This document shows positions 18,044 to 26,818 of a stretch of DNA of 57,670 bases, in pieces; position 1 is the first letter of the stretch; every line of letters starts with the position of its first letter. Location: NCBI GenBank assembly GCA_964469935.1, contig CAYXZQ010000005.1, positions 1 to 57,670 on the forward strand, read 5' to 3'. The stretch is from an uncultured Methanosarcinales archaeon (GTDB lineage: Archaea > Nanobdellota > Nanobdellia > Woesearchaeales > DSVV01). The position numbers were made by a program, and so were the translations under genes. The notes beneath the pieces were generated by a model. That model was given only the letters and a program-made list of their open reading frames with translations. It had not been told where the DNA came from and did no database searches.

Positions 18044-19387
18044 TCACACATCGCTCATGTACAGGTGTGCTGAGAAATCAGTGAGCACGAGCGGGCCCCT
18101 GGCAAACCCTGTCTTTCCTGCGACATGCTGGTGAAGGGTGCCCAGGGCATATAGGTTCGGGACGAATGCCCCCTCGCCTTCCATGAGCCTGCCTTCCTTT
18201 GTCACTGTCGCTATGTGCTGGCTCCTGTAGGCAGAGTGCATCTCGAGTTTCTTTCCCCTGACCACGAACCAGATGAAGTCAAGGCAGGGCGGACTGCTTG
18301 TGTCAATATCCTTTTCCGGGTCCCAGAGGGTTATCATGCACCTTCTCGTGTTCGGGTTCTTCTTCAGGACCGCAATCGCCCTGTCCACCTGGTTGCCCCA
18401 TCTCCTAAATATCCTGTCATGGTAGGTGTAGGCGAACTCGTCAAGCTTCTCGCCGGTCCCGTCCATGAACTCGCTGACGTATTTCTTTATGTAATCCTCG
18501 GAGAAATGCTCAGGTATCTTCTGCAGCACGTCCCTGATCGTCACGCTGAACGAGCGGGACTCCATGGTTATGACCCCTCTCTGGTCCCTGAACATGTCGC
18601 CTTTCTCGTACACGAATGCAGTCACCATCTCCAGTGCGTCGACCAGGTTGTCGGCGTGGACTGTCTGGCCAAGAGGGAGCCTTGAATATTTCTCTATGAA
18701 TTTCACCTTCTTTGCTGTCGTCGACAAATCAAGCTTGTATGGCTTGTCGAACCTGGCACCGTCATCATATAATCTTTTGTTCTTTATGACCTGCGAATAG
18801 AATTCCACGTCATCAGGCACAGGGGTCGCATCCTTTGGCCATTCAATCATGCACCTCACGAGCTCCTGTGTCCTTTCGAAATCCCCGATGTTCCTGATGA
18901 CGACGAGATCGCACTGCCTCCTGACCCTCTCAAGGGCGTCAAGGGGAACCTGCTCGAATTTCGGGTTGGGCGACTTCGAGCCGATGATTATCCCATTGCC
19001 GTCGACACCGTTCTTCCAGAAATTAGTGAGCGCCTCCGCGAGGAGATGGCCGTTGTCCCTGAGCCCGAACACGAGGAGCACCAGCTTGTTGATGTTGGGG
19101 TTTGCGAGGATGTTTGCAAAGACGTACCTGGCGCCGTTAGTGGTCTTCCAGAGCCCAGCCATGTTGGCATAGCTGGAAATCTTCTGGAAGAATTCCATGA
19201 CATCTTCGGGCGGCCTGTCGCTCTTCCAGGTATACACGAATCCTGCTGCGATGTTTGAGGAGGGGTTTCCCATGATCACGTCGTCGGAGGAGAACAGCTG
19301 CATCTTCGGCAGCTCGTCAGGCTCGAATTTCATCTTCTTTATGTCTTTTTTCAGGAAAGGGTCCCTGCCTATCTTCTCGATTCTCAT
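18044..19387 (-). CDS. Fusion of an MtrA-like (corrinoid-binding) N-terminal domain and an archaeal-type thymidylate-synthase-like C-terminal domain
   Basis: N-terminal ANILANPNINKLVL...NGHLLAEAL..FWKNGVD..G.IIGS resembles MtrA. C-terminal YTYHDRI..WGNQV...NPNTRR...LWDP...PPCL...RS...PN...SAHLY resembles TS. Likely start is 19387; the track start overlaps the divergent gene. Confidence 0.8.
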   Translation of the reverse strand: MRIEKIGRDPFLKKDIKKMKFEPDELPKMQLFSSDDVIMGNPSSNIAAGFVYTWKSDRPPEDVMEFFQKISSYANMAGLWKTTNGARYVFANILANPNINKLVLLVFGLRDNGHLLAEALTNFWKNGVDGNGIIIGSKSPNPKFEQVPLDALERVRRQCDLVVIRNIGDFERTQELVRCMIEWPKDATPVPDDVEFYSQVIKNKRLYDDGARFDKPYKLDLSTTAKKVKFIEKYSRLPLGQTVHADNLVDALEMVTAFVYEKGDMFRDQRGVITMESRSFSVTIRDVLQKIPEHFSEDYIKKYVSEFMDGTGEKLDEFAYTYHDRIFRRWGNQVDRAIAVLKKNPNTRRCMITLWDPEKDIDTSSPPCLDFIWFVVRGKKLEMHSAYRSQHIATVTKEGRLMEGEGAFVPNLYALGTLHQHVAGKTGFARGPLVLTDFSAHLYMSDV

Positions 19388-19432
19388 CGTCGAATGAAAA
19401 AATATAAAACATAAAAACTTTTCCTTTGGCCC

Positions 19433-20011
19433 ATGAAAGTAATCGCCGTAGTCGGGATGTGCGGCTCGGGCAAGAGCGTGGTCGCGGACATGCTCAGCAA
19501 AAGAGGCCTGGGCTTTCTCAGGTTCGGCCAGCTGACCCTTGACATAGTCAGGGAGAAGGGCCTCGAGCCCACTGAGGAGAACGAGCGTCCCATCAGGGAA
19601 GGGCTCAGGAAGGAGCATGGCATGGCAGCATTCGCCATACTCAACATCCCGAAGATAGACAGGCTTCTTGAGAAGGGAAGTGTCGTGGTCGACGGCCTGT
19701 ACAGCTGGGAGGAGTATCTCGAGATGAAGAGGAAGTACGGCAGCGATTTCATCACCCTGGCAGTATACGCATCGCCCGCGACCAGGTATTCGAGGCTCTC
19801 GGCCAGGAAGTTCGACAGCAGCAAGGACAAGGAGATGAGGTTCCGGCCCCAGACCCCGGAACAGTCCAGGTCAAGGGACCATGCAGAGATAGAGAACATG
19901 AGCAAGGCCGGGCCGATTGCGATGGCAGACTACACGATTGTCAACGAAGGCAGCATGGAGGACCTGGAAGCACAATTCAACAGGTTTTCAGGACTTTTTC
20001 TTTCGAGGTGA
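19433..20011 (+). CDS. P-loop nucleotide kinase (dephospho-CoA-kinase-like/UPF0200 type)
   Basis: VVGMCGSGKS, VVDGLYS..E, RD.AEI, ADYTIVNEGS. Confidence 0.8.
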   Translation: MKVIAVVGMCGSGKSVVADMLSKRGLGFLRFGQLTLDIVREKGLEPTEENERPIREGLRKEHGMAAFAILNIPKIDRLLEKGSVVVDGLYSWEEYLEMKRKYGSDFITLAVYASPATRYSRLSARKFDSSKDKEMRFRPQTPEQSRSRDHAEIENMSKAGPIAMADYTIVNEGSMEDLEAQFNRFSGLFLSR

Positions 20012-20225
20012 GCCCTGATTTTATCGACACCTTCTTTTTCAGCCTCTTTGAGAAATACCTGACGAGCTCGGCATTGGCTTTGCCCTTGTCAGCAGGCGCC
20101 TTGACATTTACCCTGAACGCCTGCCTGTCCTCATCCCATCCTTTTATCTCTGTCCGTGAAGAATTCGGCCTGGCTATTATGCGGATATATTTCCCACTGA
20201 GACGCTCGTCATCCATCGGGCTCAT
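19977..20225 (-). CDS. DUF167/YggU (UPF0235) family protein
   Basis: RPNS...VNVKAPADKGKANAELVRYFSK...I.SG.TSKEK. Confidence 0.9.
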   Translation of the reverse strand: MSPMDDERLSGKYIRIIARPNSSRTEIKGWDEDRQAFRVNVKAPADKGKANAELVRYFSKRLKKKVSIKSGLTSKEKVLKTC

Positions 20226-20539
20226 TCCATCGCTGACTCGACTTTCTTGAGAACTTTGTCCACTGCAAACATCAGGTTAAGGTGTGTGACTTCAGCATTG
20301 TAGTTCTTGTCAGCGACAAGCAGGGCGCGAAGCTCATGCTTTCCCGTCGACTCGCTTTCCTCGCTGGTGTGTATCTTCTTGAGGGTCACTGTCAGGCTCT
20401 GGAATTTCGGGTTCTTCTCGCTGACCTTCTTGACGAAACTGCCGATTATCTTCTTGATGATAATCATGCTCCCGCCATCGATGTCCTTGAAGCCAGAAAG
20501 ACGGATGCTCCCCCCAAGCTCGATTGTTTCTTCAGCCAT
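20222..20539 (-). CDS. Small conserved-looking protein, possibly HPF/RaiA-like fold
   Basis: Helix-strand-strand-strand-helix pattern ending in YNAEVTHLNLMFAVDKVLKKVE. Fold call is inference. Confidence 0.6.
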   Translation of the reverse strand: MAEETIELGGSIRLSGFKDIDGGSMIIIKKIIGSFVKKVSEKNPKFQSLTVTLKKIHTSEESESTGKHELRALLVADKNYNAEVTHLNLMFAVDKVLKKVESAME

Positions 20540-20646
20540 ATTAGATACTTCTGCACGCGAAAATGTAACTTTATATATAATAATGATTGCAATTGATATT
20601 TAAAAATTTTTCGAGTCCACTCTTAGAATTCTCCATCTTCAGCCTG

Positions 20647-21021
20647 TCAGAGGCGCGTTTTGTCGAATTCCCGCCTGACAGCCTCTTTGTATTTATCAAT
20701 GGCCTCGCCCGGGATGTAGTTATGCTCCTTTATAAAAGAGAATGCCTCTTCGAAATCATCCATGGCAAGGGCATTCTCAAGGCCTATTACCCCTGTCCCT
20801 GTCCCGTCGATCTCAATGACTCTCGACTTTATGAAGCTGATTGCGTCCTTCGGGCAGATGGGCTTGCAGGAGTCGCATCCTTCGAGGCATGCATCAGGAT
20901 TCTCAACTATGGGCCTTCTGCCCTGCCTTGAATAAACCTTCTGCGGGCAGAAATTCAGGCACTTGAAGCAGTCATCCATGCACCTGCCGGAATCTATCAC
21001 CGGGAACCAGTCAGCTGCCAT
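20647..21021 (-). CDS. Ferredoxin-like 4Fe-4S dicluster protein with a C-terminal extension
   Basis: CMDDCFKCLNFCP and CLEGCDSCKPICP. Confidence 0.8.
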   Translation of the reverse strand: MAADWFPVIDSGRCMDDCFKCLNFCPQKVYSRQGRRPIVENPDACLEGCDSCKPICPKDAISFIKSRVIEIDGTGTGVIGLENALAMDDFEEAFSFIKEHNYIPGEAIDKYKEAVRREFDKTRL

Positions 21022-21104
21022 TATAATATATAACATTCCCTATGTTATAAAACTTTCGCCGGGCTCCGAAACTGTTTTATAACAAATTCCATTCCTGCAG
21101 CAGC

Positions 21105-22367
21105 ATGACAAGGGTGTATTTCAAGACATTCGGCTGCTCGCTCAACATCTCTGATACAGAGGCGATGGAGGGGCTGCTTGCAGACTTGGGCTATGAGATG
21201 GTCGATGAGCCTCAAAAGTCCGAAGTGATAGTCATCAACACCTGCGCTGTGAAAAAGCCCACAGAGAACAGGGTCCTGAGATATCTCAGGGAGGCTGAGT
21301 CGATGCGCAGGCCGATAGTCATAACAGGCTGCATGGCCCAGGCTATGCCGGAGAAGTTCAAGCAGCATTCCTTGCTAGGCCCTGACAACCTTGGAAGCAT
21401 AGCCGAGATAATCGAGGAGACCATGCACGGCAATCCGCAGGTGATGCTCGATAGGGCTGACAGCCCAAGGCTGGGCCTTCCCAGACTCAGGAAGAACAGG
21501 ATTATAGAGATAATACCCATATCCAGGGGATGCAAAGGCGAATGCTCGTACTGCATCGTCAGGCAGGCCCGGGGAGGATTTAGGAGCTATCCCAAGGAAG
21601 ACGTCGTGCGCCAGGCTGAAATGGCAGTTGCGAAAGGGGCGAAGGAGCTCTGGCTCACTGCCCAGGACACCGGCTGCTATGGCATGGACATAGGCTCGTC
21701 GCTCACAGTGCTGCTCGAAGAGATAACCAAGATAGAAGGCGATTTCTTCATCCGGGTCGGCATGATGAACCCCGACCATGCGAAACGGATGCTCGACGGG
21801 CTTGCCAGGGTCTTTCAGAATGAGAAGCTCTTCAGGTTCCTCCATGTGCCTGTCCAGTCAGGTAATGACAGGGTCCTTGAAAAGATGAAAAGGAGGTATA
21901 CTGCTGAAGATTTCAGGGATATCGTCAGCAGGATCAGGCAGGAGATACCTGACATCACCATCGCGACTGACATAATCTGCGGGTTTCCCGGCGAGACAGA
22001 GCAGGAGTTCAATGATTCGGTGCGCCTGGTGGAAGAGCTCAGGCCGGATGTCCTGAACATTTCCCGGTTCTGGTCGAGGCCGAAGACAAGGGCTGCTAAA
22101 CTGTTTCCCCTGTCAGGGGAGGTGACCAAGAACAGGAGCAGGAAGCTGACGAGCGCATTTTCATGGACAGGGTTCGAGACCAACAAGAAGTGGAGGAACT
22201 GGGAGGGCCCAATAATCATCGATGAGGAAGGAAAGGGCGGCTCATGGGTCGGCAGGAACAGCTCATACAAGCAGGTCATAGTCGATGGAAATTACAGGCT
22301 CGGGCAGAAGGTAAATGTGAAGATAGAGCATGTCACGGCCCATGACCTCAGGGCAAGGGAAGCCTAG
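21105..22367 (+). CDS. mtaB: tRNA t6A37 methylthiotransferase (archaeal MtaB/CDKAL1 type)
   Basis: TFGCSLN, NTCAVK, GCMAQ, radical SAM GCKGECSYC, RVGMMNP, DIICGFPGET, C-terminal TRAM. Confidence 0.92.
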   Translation: MTRVYFKTFGCSLNISDTEAMEGLLADLGYEMVDEPQKSEVIVINTCAVKKPTENRVLRYLREAESMRRPIVITGCMAQAMPEKFKQHSLLGPDNLGSIAEIIEETMHGNPQVMLDRADSPRLGLPRLRKNRIIEIIPISRGCKGECSYCIVRQARGGFRSYPKEDVVRQAEMAVAKGAKELWLTAQDTGCYGMDIGSSLTVLLEEITKIEGDFFIRVGMMNPDHAKRMLDGLARVFQNEKLFRFLHVPVQSGNDRVLEKMKRRYTAEDFRDIVSRIRQEIPDITIATDIICGFPGETEQEFNDSVRLVEELRPDVLNISRFWSRPKTRAAKLFPLSGEVTKNRSRKLTSAFSWTGFETNKKWRNWEGPIIIDEEGKGGSWVGRNSSYKQVIVDGNYRLGQKVNVKIEHVTAHDLRAREA

Positions 22368-23275
22368 GCCTTTCCCGCGCTTCCAAGGATCTCGAGCTTC
22401 TTCTTTACGAACTCCTTAACATTGCTCCTTGCGAAATCCTGGACTTTCCTCGGGTCAGTCTCTCCGGGATTGTTGTCCAGGTATTGGCGTGTTGATGCTA
22501 TTCTTATTATGTTGAGGTCCGTGTGGATGTTGACCTTGTCTATCCCCATGCTGCATGCAAGGGCCAGGGTCCTGTTGTCAAGCCCTTTTGCGCCTTTCCA
22601 CTTCGCCCCGTGCCTCATACCGAGCTTGACGTATGCCTGGGGCACCTCCGATGCCCCGTGAAGCACGAGCGGGATTTCCACGACATCATCGATGAGCTGG
22701 AGCCTCTTGATATCGAGCTTCGGCTTGGAGGAGAACTTGTATGCCCCGTGGCTCGTGCCGATCGATATCGCCAGTGAATCGATGCCTGTGAGCCTTGCGA
22801 ATTCCCTTGCCTGGTGCGGGTCGGTGAACCTGTCATCGCCCTTCCTCACCTTCCCCGGATCGACGCTCCCGAGCTCGGCCTCGACCGGGACCCTCCTTCT
22901 TTTCGCCATCCTGACTACTCTTCTTGTGATTGCCACGTTCTCGTCGAAGCTGCAATAGGACGCGTCAATCATGACAGATGAGAACCCTGACTCGATGCAC
23001 TTCTTGATTATCTTTCCGTCCTTGCCGTGATCGAGGTGCAGCATAACCGGCACCCTTGAGCCCCTGGCAGCGGTCTTGATTATCGATACCAGGTTCTCGA
23101 ATCCGGCATACCTTATCTCTGATTCAGAAACAGCGAGCATGACAGGCGCCTTCATCTCTTCTGCCGCCCCGAGGACTGCCTGGACAGTCTCCAGGTTGTC
23201 AACGTTGAAATGCCCGACAGCATACCCCTTCCTCATTGCCATGTCCAGCATCTTCTTTGACTTCACGAGAGGCAT
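22364..23275 (-). CDS. fba: Class II fructose-bisphosphate aldolase
   Basis: HLDHG, SSVMIDAS, VEAELG, IGTSHGAYK, LVLHGAS, KVNI.TD. Confidence 0.93.
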   Translation of the reverse strand: MPLVKSKKMLDMAMRKGYAVGHFNVDNLETVQAVLGAAEEMKAPVMLAVSESEIRYAGFENLVSIIKTAARGSRVPVMLHLDHGKDGKIIKKCIESGFSSVMIDASYCSFDENVAITRRVVRMAKRRRVPVEAELGSVDPGKVRKGDDRFTDPHQAREFARLTGIDSLAISIGTSHGAYKFSSKPKLDIKRLQLIDDVVEIPLVLHGASEVPQAYVKLGMRHGAKWKGAKGLDNRTLALACSMGIDKVNIHTDLNIIRIASTRQYLDNNPGETDPRKVQDFARSNVKEFVKKKLEILGSAGKA

Positions 23276-23322
23276 GTGATTGATGCACCTCCCCTTTTAT
23301 TTAAATCTTTTGCCTGCAAAAA

Positions 23323-23360
23323 CATCATACTCCATCATACGAAATCATAATATTTATATA
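23323..23360. promoter_or_regulatory. Three 10-bp-phased direct repeats (CATCATAC, CATCATAC, AATCATAA) abutting a TTTATATA TATA box; putative RHH operator
   Basis: Sequence catcatac-tc-catcatac-ga-aatcataa-ta-tttatata between the divergent fba and RHH-NTase genes. Confidence 0.5.
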
Positions 23361-23383
23361 CATCCCGGGCATCCCGTACCTGC

Positions 23384-24196
23384 ATGAAAGAGAGGGTCAC
23401 CCTTACGCTGGATTCTGAGATACTCAAGAATATCGACCAGAGCGTGGACGGATTCCATATTAAGAACAGGAGCCATGCCATAGAGCTCCTGCTGCACAAG
23501 GGCCTCCAGCTCGACATTCCCCAGCACGGGATAATTCTGGCGGCGGGCGAGGGCAAGAAAAAAGGCCTTCCTATAGGCATGCTCAGGGTGCACAACAAGC
23601 CTGTCATCGAGCACCTCATAGACCTCTTCAGGAGCTACAATGTCAAGGACATCCTCATAGGCGTATGCTTCAAGAAAGACGAGATAAAGGAGTATTTCGG
23701 CAACGGCAGCAGGTTCGGGGTCAGGATAAGGTACATCGACGAGGAGAAGCCGTCGGGCACGACGACCCTCGTAAAGAAGGCGAAACCATTTTTGAGCGGC
23801 AGCTTCTTTGTCACGTATTCAGACGAGCTCAAGGACGTGAATCTCTCTGACATGTACCGAACTCACAAGGAGAACAATGCCCTTGCGACAATAGCCCTGA
23901 CCACTGTCGAGGACCCGAAGTCTTACGGGGTCGTGAGCGTAGACGGAACAAGGGTCAGGAGATTCAGGGAGAAGCCCAAGGACGATGCGCAGAAGATTAA
24001 GCTCATCAACGCAGGGCTGTACCTGCTGTCATTAGAGGTCGTCGACATGATACCTGACGACGTGAAGATGTTCTATGATTTCTTCCCGAAGCTCGCAGAG
24101 CAGAACAAGCTCGTGGCATATCCATTTTCCGGCCAGTGGTTCGACATAAGCCAGGAGGACGGGTTTGCCCAGGCAGAGAAGGAATGGCAGAGATAG
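23384..24196 (+). CDS. Ribbon-helix-helix domain fused to a sugar-phosphate nucleotidyltransferase-like domain
   Basis: MKERVTLTLDSEILKNID...NRSHAIELLL is RHH-like. IILAAGEG, YFGNGSRFGV, SYGVV, FREKP, INAGLY and WFDI mark the NTase fold. Confidence 0.85.
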   Translation: MKERVTLTLDSEILKNIDQSVDGFHIKNRSHAIELLLHKGLQLDIPQHGIILAAGEGKKKGLPIGMLRVHNKPVIEHLIDLFRSYNVKDILIGVCFKKDEIKEYFGNGSRFGVRIRYIDEEKPSGTTTLVKKAKPFLSGSFFVTYSDELKDVNLSDMYRTHKENNALATIALTTVEDPKSYGVVSVDGTRVRRFREKPKDDAQKIKLINAGLYLLSLEVVDMIPDDVKMFYDFFPKLAEQNKLVAYPFSGQWFDISQEDGFAQAEKEWQR

Positions 24197-24206
24197 GGGT
24201 GTTGTT

Positions 24207-25553
24207 ATGGAGATAAACAAGGCGATATTCAAGGCATACGACATTAGGGGTATTGTCCACCGGGACCTGAATCCTGACATCGCTTTCAGGATAGGCAGGG
24301 CTCTTGTTGATTTTCTAGGCTGCAAAAAAGTCGTGGTCTGCATGGATATGAGGGAGTCGTCGCCAGACTTCAAGAAAGAGCTTGTCAGGGGAATAACCGT
24401 GCAGGGAGCCGACGTCATAGATATAGGGATGTGCACGACCCCGATGCATTATTATGCCAACGGGGTCCTCGGCGCTGACGCCTCAGTCATGGTAACTGCC
24501 TCCCACAACCCGAGCGAGTGGAACGGATTCAAGCTTTGCAGGGAGAAGGCGATTCCCCTGAGCGGCGAGACAGGCATAATGGACATCCGCGACATGGTGA
24601 TCAAAAATGAATTCAAGGAGGCAGACGAGCCTGGAAAAGTCACAAAAGACAGGATAGTCGACAGGTACACAGAGTTCATCAGGGGCCATTACAGGAATCC
24701 TGAAAACAGGCAGCTGAAGATAGTGGCGGATTTCGGCAACGGGATGGGCAGCTATGCACTGGGCGCTTTTGATCTTCCCGGCATAAGCATGGTTACGATG
24801 TACGAGGAACCTGACGGCACCTTCCCGAACCACGAGGCCAACCCGCTCAAGCACGAGACCCTTGACGACCTCAGGAAGAGGGTCGTCGCAGAGAAGGCTG
24901 ACCTGGGCGTCGCGTTCGACGGCGATGCAGACCGGTGCGGGATGGTCGACGAGAGAGGGAACATTGTCAGGAACGATTTTCTCACAGCACTCATCGCACA
25001 GGACCTGCTATCGGCCAAAAAAGGCGCGACGATATTGTACGATCTGCGCAGCTCAAAGATTGTCAGGGAGATAATCGAGAAGGACGGAGGCAGGGCGCTG
25101 ATGTGCCGCGTCGGCCACGCGTTCATCAAGAACCAGATGAGGGACGAGGGCGCATCATTTGCAGGCGAGCTCTCGGGCCATTATTATTTCGAGGAGAACT
25201 TCAATGCAGAGTCGAGCGCGCTTGCGGCATTGAGGATTGTCAACCTTATAATCAAATCAGGCAGGAAGATGTCAGAGCTTGCTGACGGGCTCAAGAAATA
25301 CTTCCAGAGCGGAGAGCTAAACAGGAAAGTGGACAGCACTTCTGCGGTCATGGAGAAGGTGGAGAGGCATTTCAAGGATGCAAAGGAAGTGCTGCACCTG
25401 GACGGTGTTTCGATAATGTATGATGACTGGTGGGCGAACATCCGAGCGTCAAATACCGAGCCTCTTCTCAGGCTCAATGTCGAAGCAGACACAGAGGAGC
25501 TGATGGAAGAGAAGCGGGATGAGATCCTGGGGCTGTATGTACAGATCCGATAG
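24207..25553 (+). CDS. Phosphomannomutase/phosphoglucomutase
   Basis: FKAYDIRG, TASHNP, FDGDADR, GELSGH, RASNTEP. Confidence 0.95.
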   Translation: MEINKAIFKAYDIRGIVHRDLNPDIAFRIGRALVDFLGCKKVVVCMDMRESSPDFKKELVRGITVQGADVIDIGMCTTPMHYYANGVLGADASVMVTASHNPSEWNGFKLCREKAIPLSGETGIMDIRDMVIKNEFKEADEPGKVTKDRIVDRYTEFIRGHYRNPENRQLKIVADFGNGMGSYALGAFDLPGISMVTMYEEPDGTFPNHEANPLKHETLDDLRKRVVAEKADLGVAFDGDADRCGMVDERGNIVRNDFLTALIAQDLLSAKKGATILYDLRSSKIVREIIEKDGGRALMCRVGHAFIKNQMRDEGASFAGELSGHYYFEENFNAESSALAALRIVNLIIKSGRKMSELADGLKKYFQSGELNRKVDSTSAVMEKVERHFKDAKEVLHLDGVSIMYDDWWANIRASNTEPLLRLNVEADTEELMEEKRDEILGLYVQIR

Positions 25554-25667
25554 TGCCAAAAACATTAACTTTATAAACCATAAAACTTTCTCCGTTTTCG
25601 TGAGAGAAGAAAGGAAAAAAGAGTCTATTTACTTTTTTCTCAACTAAAACTAGTTGATTTGGGTGAA

Positions 25668-26033
25668 ATGGCACCGAAAACTAAGATTAAGGCTGTTATG
25701 CCGAGCCTCAGGGAAAAGAAGCGCTATTTGGCGTTTGAAATCATCTCTAAACAGAAAATCAGCAGTTTTAAGCGGGTCAGGGATGCAATATCTGATGCTA
25801 TCAACGGGTATCTCGGGACCCGGGGAGCTTCTCTTGCAGGGGCCATAGTGCTCCAGGAAAAGTATGACGAGCAAAAGCAGAGGGGCCTCGTGAAGGTCAG
25901 CCACAGATATGCCGATCATCTCAGGGCATCATTCTGCTTCATCGAAAGGATATCGGGCACTGATGTTGTCGTGAGAAGCATCGGCATGTCAGGCATGCTG
26001 AACAAGGCGTATGAGAAATACATATTAGGATAA
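25668..26033 (+). CDS. rnp2: Ribonuclease P protein component 2 (Pop5/Rpp14)
   Basis: PSLREKKRYLAF...SG.L.KA; heads the exosome superoperon. Confidence 0.9.
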   Translation: MAPKTKIKAVMPSLREKKRYLAFEIISKQKISSFKRVRDAISDAINGYLGTRGASLAGAIVLQEKYDEQKQRGLVKVSHRYADHLRASFCFIERISGTDVVVRSIGMSGMLNKAYEKYILG

Positions 26034-26074
26034 ATCAAGAGAATTGCATTAAAACAAAGAATTGGAGGGATAAA

Positions 26075-26818
26075 ATGCAACCTATGAACCACCAATTGAT
26101 GGGTTATGACAGGGCGATAACCATGTTCTCCCCTGACGGAAGGCTGCTCCAGGTCGAGTATGCAAAAAAGACTGTCAAGCAGGGCTCGACAGCCATAGGC
26201 ATAACATGCCGGGACGGCGTGCTGCTATGCACAGACAAGAGGATAGTGGACAAGCTGGTTGTCCCTGAGTCTGTCGAGAAGATCTTCCAGATAGACGATC
26301 ACATAGGCGCGACAGCATCAGGCATCCTGTCAGACGCTCGCGTCCTAGTCGAGAGGGCCCAGCTCAAGGCACAGCAGTACAGGGTGACCTATGACAGCCC
26401 GATAGACATCATAAGCATAGTCAAGGACATCGCGAACCTCAAGCAGCTCTGTACTCAGTCAGGCGGTCTCAGGCCCTTTGGTGTCTCACTGCTCTTTGCA
26501 GGCATCGACAACAACAGGCCGAGGCTCTACGAGACTGACCCGACAGGGATATTCTTCGAGTACAAGGCAGCTGCCATAGGCGACGGGGACCAGGCAGTGG
26601 AGGAGATACTGCACAAGGAGTACAGCCCTGATATGAGCCTTGACGACGGACTCAAGCTCGCCGTGAAGGCCATAGCCTCTGTGGTCGAGGAGAACTTCAA
26701 TATCGAGAGGCTTGACTGTGTCTTCATACGCTCGGACAAGAAGGAGTTCGTCAGGCTAGATGCTGAAAGGCTCAAGAAGGTCTATTCCGACGTCAAGGGC
26801 AACATCAAGAAGAAGTGA
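26075..26818 (+). CDS. psmA: Proteasome alpha subunit
   Basis: GYDRAITMFSPDGRLLQVEYA, RPFGVSLL, TDPTG. Confidence 0.97.
   Translation: MQPMNHQLMGYDRAITMFSPDGRLLQVEYAKKTVKQGSTAIGITCRDGVLLCTDKRIVDKLVVPESVEKIFQIDDHIGATASGILSDARVLVERAQLKAQQYRVTYDSPIDIISIVKDIANLKQLCTQSGGLRPFGVSLLFAGIDNNRPRLYETDPTGIFFEYKAAAIGDGDQAVEEILHKEYSPDMSLDDGLKLAVKAIASVVEENFNIERLDCVFIRSDKKEFVRLDAERLKKVYSDVKGNIKKK

Noticed and set aside
18044-19387. Methanogenesis inferred from the MtrA-like domain
   Set aside because: No membrane anchor and no other mtr or mcr genes; the domain is fused to a TS fold.
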